From the NCBI GenBank assembly GCA_001782825.1, contig MFPS01000003.1, positions 44,353 to 108,352 of the forward strand: a stretch of 64,000 nt of DNA, read 5' to 3'. The stretch comes from Candidatus Magasanikbacteria bacterium RIFCSPHIGHO2_01_FULL_33_34 (GTDB taxonomy: Bacteria; Patescibacteriota; Patescibacteriia; Magasanikbacterales; UBA922). Both the position numbers and the translations under genes were made by a program. Shown here piece by piece: positions 49,530-60,784 of the stretch (positions are counted from its first letter, which is position 1; the number at the start of each line of letters is the position of its first letter). Under the pieces are notes generated by a model. That model ran no database searches. It was not told the DNA's origin and saw only the letters and a program-made list of their open reading frames with translations.

Positions 49530-49729
49530 ATAGATTATATTAGTATTGTCTATATTTTTAATTATGATTGTACTAATTTTAATTATTTGTTTTTACTCTC
49601 TGCCTGTCGGCAGGCAGAATTATCGTTTTGGCTCCGAGGTGATTGCCTGTTGTGGCAATCAAATCCGTAAAAATAAATAATTGGAACTAATGCTTAATTA
49701 TAAATAATGTTTTTATTTTTTACAATTTA
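49530..49729. repeat. Structured repeat copy 8 (subfamily A, degenerate, palindrome insert at 49599-49618)
   Basis: aattatttgtttttactc...ggctccgagg-tgattgcc-tgttgt-ggcaatca-aatccgtaaaaataaataatt...aatgcttaattataaataatgtt. Confidence 0.9.
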
Positions 49730-49793
49730 TTATTTTGATAATTTTTATAAAACAATGAGGAGCATTTACGCCCCTCATTAGTCGATATAATTT

Positions 49794-50387
49794 TTATTTT
49801 GGATTTTCTAGGTTCCATGTGTAGACAAAGCGAACTTGTTTTTTTTCTAATACCAATTCAATTTTGGTTGTATGAGGTGTGATAATATCACGGTCATATA
49901 TAGTGAGATGGGCTTTGCCAACAAAAACAGTGATAGAGGTAAGTGTTGTTGGATTTCGCTCAAACCCTTCAATCAGAATTGGATCTCCATACAAATTTCG
50001 TGCTATAACGCGTCTGCGTTGTATATCCCACATTCGCGTTATTGATTCTATCTTTCTTTTACTGCATTCAACCTCATACTTTTTTTTGTTTATTTTTACG
50101 TAGATGTTCCACCCACACGGATCAGCGTATTCACGCCATTTGTGAGTAATTTCTACTTTGAAATTGATGCGATCGCGAGAAACTACAATAAATTTTGCAT
50201 AATTTACTAGTTTGAAATTGTAAAGTTCGTGATCACCACGGATAATATTGAGTGTATGCGAATCTTTTATAAAATCTGGATTTGATGCATAAAAGATTGG
50301 ATTGGGTTGTTTTGTGGTTTTTGAAAAAGTTTTTGTACAAGCTGAAGCTAGTATTAAAATGATCAAATAAAAATTAAATTTCGACAT
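49794..50387 (-). CDS. Orphan putative lipoprotein
   Basis: MSKFNFYLIILILASAC lipobox-like; SD CAGGAG; downstream hairpin at about 49754-49779. Confidence 0.75.
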   Translation of the reverse strand: MSKFNFYLIILILASACTKTFSKTTKQPNPIFYASNPDFIKDSHTLNIIRGDHELYNFKLVNYAKFIVVSRDRINFKVEITHKWREYADPCGWNIYVKINKKKYEVECSKRKIESITRMWDIQRRRVIARNLYGDPILIEGFERNPTTLTSITVFVGKAHLTIYDRDIITPHTTKIELVLEKKQVRFVYTWNLENPK

Positions 50388-50532
50388 CGTTACTCCTGTC
50401 GCAAAGTTTTGTTTGTGAAAGAGCAGTATAAAATATACTATATCTACTATATCACATATTTTAAATTTGTTTTATTAAGTCAATTTTGTATATTGATTTA
50501 TGAATATATATATGATAATCTAATCACACAAT

Positions 50533-51201
50533 ATGAATGGAATTTTATATATAATATCTACCCCAATTGGTAATTTGGGGGATATAACTTTGCGAGCTGT
50601 AGCTACCCTAAAAGAGGTTAGTTGTGTTTTTTGTGAAGATACTCGCGTTACCAAGAATTTGCTTAATCATTTTGATATAAAAACTCCTACAAAAAGCTTT
50701 CATCAGCATTCAGATAGATCAAAATATAATGAAATTTTGGAGATTTTACAAAAAGGTGATAGTGTCGCTCTAGTGTCTGATGCGGGTACTCCAGGTATTA
50801 GTGATCCAGGCAGTGAATTGATTGCTTATATTCAAAAAGCAAATAAAGACATAAATATTGTTCCTGTGCCAGGTGTATCAGCCGTTGTAACAGCATTGTC
50901 TGTGAGTGGTTTTCCAGTAGATAAATTTGTTTTTATGGGTTTTCCACCAAACAAAAACAAGCGTAAAAAGTATTTTACAGAAGTTGCAAACAATAAGTAT
51001 GCAACTGCTTTTTATGAGTCCAATCATAGGATAGAAAAAGCAATAAAAGAGTTAGTGGAAGTTTTGCCAGAGGATACTGAAGTATTCATTGCGCGTGAAT
51101 TAACAAAAAAATTTGAGAGTTTTTATAAAGGAAAAATAAAAGATATTAAAGATATTGTAGTACCAAACAAAGGAGAATTTGTAGTAATTATCAAAAAATA
51201 A
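50533..51201 (+). CDS. rsmI: 16S rRNA C1402 2'-O-methyltransferase
   Basis: STPIGNLGDIT.RA, EDTR, VSDAGTPGISDPG, RELTK. Confidence 0.96.
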   Translation: MNGILYIISTPIGNLGDITLRAVATLKEVSCVFCEDTRVTKNLLNHFDIKTPTKSFHQHSDRSKYNEILEILQKGDSVALVSDAGTPGISDPGSELIAYIQKANKDINIVPVPGVSAVVTALSVSGFPVDKFVFMGFPPNKNKRKKYFTEVANNKYATAFYESNHRIEKAIKELVEVLPEDTEVFIARELTKKFESFYKGKIKDIKDIVVPNKGEFVVIIKK

Positions 51202-51202
51202 T

Positions 51203-52717
51203 ATGTCAAAATTTTATATCACCACCACTTTGCCTTATGTAAATTCCAATCCACATATTGGTTTTGCATTAGAAATTATCCAAGCTGATGCGATTGTTCG
51301 TTTTCGTCGCTTACTGGGGGACGATGTTTTTTATAATACTGGTACTGATGAGCATGGTTTAAAAATTTTTAGAAAAGCCGAAGAGCAAGGGGTTCCACCA
51401 CAAGAATATACTGATGAATGGGCAGATAAATTTCGCAAGCTTGAAGGGTTACTTAATCTAGACCACCCAACTTTTATTCGGACTACTGACAAAAATCATG
51501 TTTTAGCTGCACAAGCATTTTGGAAGATTTGTCTAGATAATGGGGATATATACAAAAAAAATTATCAAGTTAAATATTGTGTTGGTTGTGAATTGGAAAA
51601 AACTGAATCAGAATTGGTTGAGAATAGGTGTGCAGTTCATCCATCCCAAGAGCTTGAATTGATTGATGAGGAAAATTATTTTTTTAGTTTTTCAAAATAT
51701 GAGAAAGCACTTTTGGAATATTATGAAAGTAATCCAGAATTTGTTATTCCAAATTATAGGTTCAATGAAATAAAGGAATTTGTAAAAAGTGGATTAGAAG
51801 ATTTTAGTATTTCAAGAATAAAAGAAAAAATGCCATGGGGAGTGCCAGTGCCAGGAGATGAACAACATGTGATGTATGTTTGGTTTGATGCTCTTATCAA
51901 TTATATTTCCACCCTTGGTTGGCCAGAAAATACTCAGAATTTTGAGGATTATTGGGGAACAAATAATAAACCTAATGCTATACAAGTCGCTGGCAAAGAT
52001 AATTTGCGTCAACAATCAGCTATGTGGCAGGCAATGCTTGCGTCCGCTAGATTGCCATTTTCTAAACAAGTGTTTATTCATGGCTTTATTACTTCAGAAG
52101 GAAAAAAGATGAGTAAAAGCGAAGGTAATGTCGTGGATCCTTATGAAACAGTAAAAAAATATGGGGTAGATGCAGTCAGGTATTATTTGCTTGGAGCTAT
52201 TCCACCTTATGATGATGGGGATTTTTCCATAGAAAGGTTTGAAGAATTTTATAATGCTCATTTAGCAAACGGAGTAGGGAATTTGACTAGTAGAATTTTG
52301 ACTATGGTTGAGAAATATAGTGATGGTAAAGTACCAGATACAGCTGATGATATTTTTGATACCAAAATATTTTGGATTGAATATGAGAGATTTTTCAATC
52401 AGTACAAATTTGATGAGGTAGTTAAACTTACACAAGAGTTGGTAGGTCGTGTTGATAAGACAATTTCTTCTGAAAAACCATGGGAAAAAGAAAAAAATGG
52501 TGAAAATATTTTACCTTTGCTTTATCAGTTGACTGAAGCTTTGCGACATATTGCGATTGCTCTTTTGCCGATTATTCCTAGTAGTGCTGAGCAAATATTG
52601 AATAAATTAGGTATTGACAAAGCTTCGTTTACTTCATTTGAACAAGAAAAAAAATGGCAAAAATTGCAAAAAGGTGTTACAGTAAATAAAGGTGAAGCAT
52701 TGTTTCCGCGTATATAA
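51203..52717 (+). CDS. metG: Methionine--tRNA ligase (short form)
   Basis: YVN..PHIG, GTDEHG, YVWFDAL, KMSKS. Confidence 0.96.
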   Translation: MSKFYITTTLPYVNSNPHIGFALEIIQADAIVRFRRLLGDDVFYNTGTDEHGLKIFRKAEEQGVPPQEYTDEWADKFRKLEGLLNLDHPTFIRTTDKNHVLAAQAFWKICLDNGDIYKKNYQVKYCVGCELEKTESELVENRCAVHPSQELELIDEENYFFSFSKYEKALLEYYESNPEFVIPNYRFNEIKEFVKSGLEDFSISRIKEKMPWGVPVPGDEQHVMYVWFDALINYISTLGWPENTQNFEDYWGTNNKPNAIQVAGKDNLRQQSAMWQAMLASARLPFSKQVFIHGFITSEGKKMSKSEGNVVDPYETVKKYGVDAVRYYLLGAIPPYDDGDFSIERFEEFYNAHLANGVGNLTSRILTMVEKYSDGKVPDTADDIFDTKIFWIEYERFFNQYKFDEVVKLTQELVGRVDKTISSEKPWEKEKNGENILPLLYQLTEALRHIAIALLPIIPSSAEQILNKLGIDKASFTSFEQEKKWQKLQKGVTVNKGEALFPRI

Positions 52718-52731
52718 AAATTGGAGGGGAA

Positions 52732-52896
52732 ATGGGTCCTCAAAAAGTTATAAAAGATGATAGATTTTGTGGTGAGTGTGAACTTACAGTTTTGCATTTA
52801 GTCGTTGTATTTGAAGTTGTACGAATAGAAATATGTTGTGTGTGTTATGGTGTAACTAGATATACTGTAGAAAAAACTAAAATTCCACCAAATTAA
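52732..52896 (+). CDS. Putative 54-aa zinc-ribbon protein (not in ORF track)
   Basis: SD GGAGG; MGPQKVIKDDRFCGECELTVLHLVVVFEVVRIEICCVCYGVTRYTVEKTKIPPN with two CxxC. Confidence 0.65.
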   Translation: MGPQKVIKDDRFCGECELTVLHLVVVFEVVRIEICCVCYGVTRYTVEKTKIPPN

Positions 52897-52994
52897 TACA
52901 AAATTGTATATACAAAAAAGTAAAAAAATTTTACAGAAAGTAAAAAATTGAAAAAAATAGATTCGTTCAAAAAACAAATTCGTGCTTCACCATA

Positions 52995-53016
52995 AAGGCT
53001 CTTGCAAAAGAGCCTT
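52995..53016. terminator. Hairpin, likely terminator
   Basis: aaggctctt-gcaa-aagagcctt. Confidence 0.6.
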
Positions 53017-53045
53017 CGTCTATTTATAAGTTGTAAATTGTTTAT

Positions 53046-53081
53046 AAAAAAAAGTTGCCGGCCCCGACGAATCGGGACCGG
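53046..53081 (-). terminator. Intrinsic terminator of minus-strand mini-gene
   Basis: Minus strand ccggtcccga-ttcg-tcggggccgg-caac-tttttttt. Confidence 0.85.
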
Positions 53082-53102
53082 ACTTGGCCGGAGGGCTGGG
53101 AG

Positions 53103-53270
53103 CTAGTCCCAGCGGACGGGTCGGTGGAAGAACTGTTCCTCCGTATCCGAGAACACCGGGAGAGGAGGCACCTCGATGCCGAACTCCTTCTCGGTCTTCT
53201 CCGCCAGTATGGCGAAGAAATTCTCCAGCATCTTCAGCGTCAAACCACCATACTTCTTGTTCGTTTCCAT
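53103..53270 (-). CDS. Orphan 55-aa protein in a GC-rich islet
   Basis: METNKKYGGLTLKMLENFFAILAEKTEKEFGIEVPPLPVFSDTEEQFFHRPVRWD; SD GGGGGA; own promoter and terminator. Confidence 0.72.
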   Translation of the reverse strand: METNKKYGGLTLKMLENFFAILAEKTEKEFGIEVPPLPVFSDTEEQFFHRPVRWD

Positions 53271-53327
53271 AGTATCCCCCGTGACTTGTCCCACTCTGAC
53301 GTTATTGTCAGTTGATGGGAACAATAC

Positions 53328-53356
53328 AGTATAGCATATTTTAACACTTTTGTCAA
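53328..53356 (-). promoter_or_regulatory. sigma70 promoter
   Basis: Minus strand TTGACA-17-TATACT with extended -10 TG. Confidence 0.82.
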
Positions 53357-53459
53357 GACCTATTTGGAGTAATTTAGCTAAAATAAGCAAAAAAATATAA
53401 ATTTATTTGGTGATTTTTATTGCCTAAATTATAGTTATAATGTAGTATTAATGTAATAT

Positions 53460-54305
53460 ATGTTATTAGATACTCATTGTCATTTACAGTTCAAAGGATT
53501 TGATGAAGATAGGGGAGATGTTATAAAACGCATTGCAGAAAAAGGCGTTGTTTTGAATATTGTTGGCACGCAAAAAAATACTAGTAAGTTGGCAGTTGAA
53601 TTGGCAGAAAAATATGAAAATTTTTATGCATCAATCGGTACTCATCCGGTCCATTTGTTTCCTAGTCATATAGATGAAGAAGAATCTAGTTTTAAATCTC
53701 GTGAAGAAGATTTTGATGAAGAATATTATGGTGAATTGGTCAAATCAAAGAAAGTGATTGCTATTGGGGAGACTGGACTAGAATTATATCATTTGCCCAA
53801 AGACAAAACAGTTGAAGAAGTTTTGAAAAAACAAAAAGAGGTGTTTGTGGCCCATATTAATTTTGCAAAAAAACATGATTTGCCATTGGTGATACATTGT
53901 CGTGAAGCGCATGAAGAAATGGCAAATTTATTGGAAAGTTTTGGTAGAAATATAAGGGGCACAATGCATTGTTTTACAGGCAATTGGGAACAAGCACAAA
54001 AATATTTGAAATTAGGATTGTATTTGGGTTTTACTGGTGTAGTTACTTTTCCACCCAAAAAAACCAATCCTCAACAACAAATTGATTTGCTGGAGGTTTT
54101 GGAGCGGGCTCCACTGGATAGAATAGTCGTAGAAACTGACTCGCCATATCTTGCTCCGCAAATTTGTCGGGGTAAACGATGTGAACCGTGGATGGTAGAG
54201 GAAGTTGTAAAAAAATTGGCAGAAATAAGAAAAATGGAGTATAAGGAAGTAGAGGATCAGGTGGCAAAAAATACCTTGGCTTTGTTTACTAGAATTAATG
54301 CTTAA
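53460..54305 (+). CDS. tatD: TatD family nuclease
   Basis: DTHCH, GTHP, IGETGL, IHCR, MHCF, ETDSPYL. Confidence 0.93.
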   Translation: MLLDTHCHLQFKGFDEDRGDVIKRIAEKGVVLNIVGTQKNTSKLAVELAEKYENFYASIGTHPVHLFPSHIDEEESSFKSREEDFDEEYYGELVKSKKVIAIGETGLELYHLPKDKTVEEVLKKQKEVFVAHINFAKKHDLPLVIHCREAHEEMANLLESFGRNIRGTMHCFTGNWEQAQKYLKLGLYLGFTGVVTFPPKKTNPQQQIDLLEVLERAPLDRIVVETDSPYLAPQICRGKRCEPWMVEEVVKKLAEIRKMEYKEVEDQVAKNTLALFTRINA

Positions 54306-54350
54306 TTATAAATAGCACTTTTAATTCTCACGAATAAATTTAAAAATGAG

Positions 54351-54379
54351 TTGACAGCATAACGTTTTTGTAGTAAACT
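54351..54379 (+). promoter_or_regulatory. sigma70 promoter of atp operon
   Basis: TTGACA-17-TAAACT. Confidence 0.7.
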
Positions 54380-54422
54380 GGAGGCATTTCATATTAATAA
54401 TTAGAGATTATTAATTAGCTAT

Positions 54423-54731
54423 ATGGCCTTATTACCAAAAGATCAACAAGATAGAAAATACATTTTGCTTGGTTTTAAGATCGTAGGTGATTTTGGGGCT
54501 ATTATTGCTATTCCGGTTGTAGTTTTTGTGCTAATAGCTCAATGGCTAGAAGGCAAATATGGTGGTTCACCATATATTACAATTACAGCTTTTGTCTTTG
54601 CGTCGGTTTTAACAGCTTATATGATAAAGAAAAAAGCCAAAGAATATGGAGCAGAGTATGAAAAACTTAATAACAAAAAAGCAGAAACTAATCAGAGTTT
54701 AGAGCAATTGAGAGAAGATAATATAGAATAA
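54423..54731 (+). CDS. AtpZ/AtpI-like two-TM protein
   Basis: Two TM helices, first gene of atp operon. Confidence 0.7.
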   Translation: MALLPKDQQDRKYILLGFKIVGDFGAIIAIPVVVFVLIAQWLEGKYGGSPYITITAFVFASVLTAYMIKKKAKEYGAEYEKLNNKKAETNQSLEQLREDNIE

Positions 54732-54733
54732 TT

Positions 54734-55519
54734 ATGTCACAAATTCATATACCATCATTTGCACCGGAAGTGATATTTCATATCGGACCTATCGCAATTA
54801 CCAATACAATTATAAATGTATGGATGGCTATTTTGGTTTTTTTGGCATTAGGATTGTTTATAAGGAAAAATATTAAAAATAAACCTGGTAAATTGCAAAA
54901 TGGATGTGAATTTATTTTGGAATTGCTTTTGCCATATTTTGATCAAGTAACAGGGGATCGCAAAAAGACCATGAGATTTTTACCGATAGTAGGTTCGATT
55001 TTCTTTTTTATTTTACTTTCAAATTGGCTTGGCTTGTTGCCGGGTACAGGAAGTTTGAAATTTGGTCATAATTTTGTTTTGCGCCCAGCCAATAGTGATT
55101 TGAATTTGACTTTGGCAATGGCGTTGGTGTCTGTGATTTCTTCTCATGTATTTGGTTTTATAACAGTTGGTGTTTTCACTCATCTTGGTAAATTTGTTCA
55201 AATCGGAGGAATTATAAAAAGTTTTAGAAAAGGTCCGATTGCTATTTTTACTGCTATTATAGAATTTTTTGTGGGGATTTTGGAAATCATTAGTGAGATA
55301 GCCAAAATATTATCACTTTCTTTACGTCTGTTTGGTAATATTTTTGCTGGCGAAGTTTTGATTACGGTTATTGGTAGTTTGGTGGCTGTATTTATTCCGG
55401 CTCCGTTTATGTTGTTGGAAATATTGGTAGGATTGATACAGGCATCAGTATTTGCAATGTTGACTTTGGTTTATTTGACGGTTGCAACAGCAGTACCACA
55501 TGGTGTAGAAGAACATTAA
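54734..55519 (+). CDS. atpB: ATP synthase F0 subunit a
   Basis: SNWLGLLPG, SLSLRLFGNIFAGE, IQASVF. Confidence 0.97.
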   Translation: MSQIHIPSFAPEVIFHIGPIAITNTIINVWMAILVFLALGLFIRKNIKNKPGKLQNGCEFILELLLPYFDQVTGDRKKTMRFLPIVGSIFFFILLSNWLGLLPGTGSLKFGHNFVLRPANSDLNLTLAMALVSVISSHVFGFITVGVFTHLGKFVQIGGIIKSFRKGPIAIFTAIIEFFVGILEIISEIAKILSLSLRLFGNIFAGEVLITVIGSLVAVFIPAPFMLLEILVGLIQASVFAMLTLVYLTVATAVPHGVEEH

Positions 55520-55608
55520 TTTATTAATTAATTTATATTTTTAATTGATATTATCCACGAGTTTAAAAATTATTTCCACTCGTCGGCCCTAGTATTAAAG
55601 AAAGGTAA

Positions 55609-55845
<237 letters not shown>

Positions 55846-55910
55846 AGTAAATCAACACAAATTGGCTACATTTGTGGCCAATTGAGTTGGAATATTTTAA
55901 ATATATTTTT

Positions 55911-56492
55911 ATGGCATTAGAAACAAATAATGAAAGTGTATCTGAAACTAACACAGAAGAAATTGTAGCTGATTCATATAGTTCAACTGAAGGTGAAGGG
56001 ATTGCTGCTTCATTGGGCTTGAATTCTCAGCTTTTTGTATTTCAACTTATCAATTTTACAATTGTGGCGGTAATCGTTTGGTTTATGATTTTGAAGCCAT
56101 TACTTAAAAAAATGGAAGAAAGAAAAATCCAAATTGATGAGAGCATTGATAATGCAAAACGCGTTGAAACCAATCTTTTTGAAAGTGAAAGACAATATCA
56201 GAAAAAAATTGATGAAGCAAAAGTTGAAGCAAACAAAGTTATAGAAAAAGCTCACGAAGAAGGTGTAAGGCTAGGAAAAATGCTCAAAGAAAAATCAAGA
56301 AGTGATATAGAATTGTTGGTAGCTCAGGCAAAGAAAAATATTGAGATTGATAAACAAGAAATGAAAGCAGAAATAAAAAAAGAAACTGCAGAAATAGTTA
56401 TTTTGGCTTTGGAGAAAATTTTGTCAGAAAAATTTGATTCAAAAAAGGATGGAAAATTTATTGAAGAAGTTTTAAAAGAAGTTAAAAAATAA
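55911..56492 (+). CDS. atpF: ATP synthase F0 subunit b
   Basis: QLINF, KPLLKKMEER, coiled coil. Confidence 0.93.
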   Translation: MALETNNESVSETNTEEIVADSYSSTEGEGIAASLGLNSQLFVFQLINFTIVAVIVWFMILKPLLKKMEERKIQIDESIDNAKRVETNLFESERQYQKKIDEAKVEANKVIEKAHEEGVRLGKMLKEKSRSDIELLVAQAKKNIEIDKQEMKAEIKKETAEIVILALEKILSEKFDSKKDGKFIEEVLKEVKK

Positions 56493-56499
56493 TATTTGT

Positions 56500-56883
56500 A
56501 TGAAATTATCACCTAAAAGTTATGGGAGGGTTCTGTATGAAGTTACCAAAAATGAAAAAGGGGAGAATTTAGAAAAAATAGTTGAACATTTTTTTCTTTT
56601 GTTGTCGCATGATCAAATGCTTACAAAAATTAATTATATTATTGAGGAGTTTATTGCTTATGCCAAAGAAATGTCTGGAGTAACCAAATTAGAAATAACC
56701 AGTGCAAGAGAATTGAGTAATGTAGAAATCAAAAAAATAAGCAAACATTTTGGAGACAAAGTTGAAGCTGATTTAAAGATTGATAAAACAATATTGGGTG
56801 GTTTGAAGATAAAAAATAAAAATATAATAATGGATGCAAGTTTAAAAAATCAATTAAATAAATTAAAAAATCAATTAGCTTAA
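56500..56883 (+). CDS. atpH: ATP synthase delta subunit (short)
   Basis: [19 protein letters not shown]; operon position. Confidence 0.9.
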   Translation: MKLSPKSYGRVLYEVTKNEKGENLEKIVEHFFLLLSHDQMLTKINYIIEEFIAYAKEMSGVTKLEITSARELSNVEIKKISKHFGDKVEADLKIDKTILGGLKIKNKNIIMDASLKNQLNKLKNQLA

Positions 56884-56888
56884 TAAAT

Positions 56889-58385
56889 ATGTCATATACT
56901 GATCAAGTAATAGAATCATTAAAAAAGAATATAGATTCATTCAAAAAAGAAATTGATACCACTGAAATTGGTACAGTTATTTCTGTAGGTGATGGTATTG
57001 CTCGTATTAGTGGGCTGGACAATTGCAAGGCGCAAGAGATGTTAGAATTTCCTGGTGGAACATATGGCGTCGCTTTAAATTTGGAAGAAGAAACAGTTGG
57101 TTCAGTTATTTTGGGAGATTTCAAACATATAAAAGAAGGTGATATTGTCAAGCGATCTGGTCGTATTATGTCTGTGCCGGTTGGCGATAAATTAATCGGA
57201 CGAGTAGTCAATGCAGTCGGTGTCGCTATTGATGGTGGAGATGAAATCAAGACAAAAGAATTTTATCCAGTAGAACGAGTTGCGCCAGGTGTGATGACAC
57301 GTGAACCAGTCAATCGTCCAGTCCAGACTGGCATCAAAGCGATTGATGCTATGATTCCAATTGGTCGTGGACAGCGTGAACTTATTATCGGAGATCGTCA
57401 GACTGGTAAAACAGCCGTAGCGATTGATGCGATTATCAACCAAAAAGGTCAAGATATGATTTGTATTTATGTAGCGGTTGGTCAAAAAGAATCAAAAGTA
57501 GCGCGTATTGCAGCCAAACTTCGTGAAGTTGGGGCAATGGAATATACAATTATTGTGAGTTCAGGTGCATCTGAGCCAGCGCCTATGTCATATATTGCGC
57601 CATATTCTGGTGTCGCTATGGCTGAGTATTTTGCGGATAAGGGCAAAGATGTTTTGGTTGTATTTGATGATCTTACTAAACAAGCTTGGGCATATCGTGA
57701 AATGTCTTTATTACTTCGTCGTCCACCGGGTCGTGAAGCGTATCCTGGTGATGTATTTTATTTACATTCTCGTTTGCTTGAACGCGCTTGTAACTTGAAC
57801 AAAGAAAATGGCGGTGGTTCAATCACAGCTTTACCAATTATTGAAACTCAAGCGGGCGATGTGTCAGCTTATATTCCAACCAATGTGATTTCAATTACTG
57901 ATGGACAAATTTTCTTGGAAACATCATTATTTTACAAAGGTATTCGTCCAGCTTTAAATATTGGTTTATCAGTTTCTCGTGTAGGTGGATCTGCTCAAAT
58001 AAAACCTATGAAGAAAGTGGCTGGTAAATTGAAATTAGCTATGGCTCAATATCGTGAACTTGAAGCTTTTGCTCAATTTGCTAGTGATTTGGATCCAGAA
58101 ACAAAGAAACAAATTGACCTCGGACAAAGAGTAACCGAATTATTAAAACAAGCACAATATTCACCATTGTCAGTAGAACAACAAGTTGTTTCTATTTATG
58201 CGATTAGCAATGGCTATATGGATGATTTTGCAGTGGTGGATATTGGTAAAGCTGAGAAGAAATTATTAGATTTTTTTGCAAAATCAAAGCAAAATTTGTT
58301 AAGTAAAATAAAAGAAGGTCAGTGGGATGAAAAAGTTGAAGAAGAATTAAAAATAGCATGTTCGGAATTCAAAAAATCTGCATAA
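56889..58385 (+). CDS. atpA: ATP synthase F1 alpha
   Basis: [31 protein letters not shown]. Confidence 0.98.
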   Translation: MSYTDQVIESLKKNIDSFKKEIDTTEIGTVISVGDGIARISGLDNCKAQEMLEFPGGTYGVALNLEEETVGSVILGDFKHIKEGDIVKRSGRIMSVPVGDKLIGRVVNAVGVAIDGGDEIKTKEFYPVERVAPGVMTREPVNRPVQTGIKAIDAMIPIGRGQRELIIGDRQTGKTAVAIDAIINQKGQDMICIYVAVGQKESKVARIAAKLREVGAMEYTIIVSSGASEPAPMSYIAPYSGVAMAEYFADKGKDVLVVFDDLTKQAWAYREMSLLLRRPPGREAYPGDVFYLHSRLLERACNLNKENGGGSITALPIIETQAGDVSAYIPTNVISITDGQIFLETSLFYKGIRPALNIGLSVSRVGGSAQIKPMKKVAGKLKLAMAQYRELEAFAQFASDLDPETKKQIDLGQRVTELLKQAQYSPLSVEQQVVSIYAISNGYMDDFAVVDIGKAEKKLLDFFAKSKQNLLSKIKEGQWDEKVEEELKIACSEFKKSA

Positions 58386-58396
58386 GCGTTTTTATT

Positions 58397-60783
<2,387 letters not shown>

Positions 60784-60784
60784 T

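Noticed and set aside
53055-53315. Plus-strand ORFs 53055-53315 and 53084-53272
   Set aside because: Promoter, SD and terminator all point to the minus strand; these ORFs are open only because of high GC.
55555-55590. Weak hairpin acgagt/actcgt between atpB and atpE
   Set aside because: Short stem with a large loop; not distinguishable from chance.
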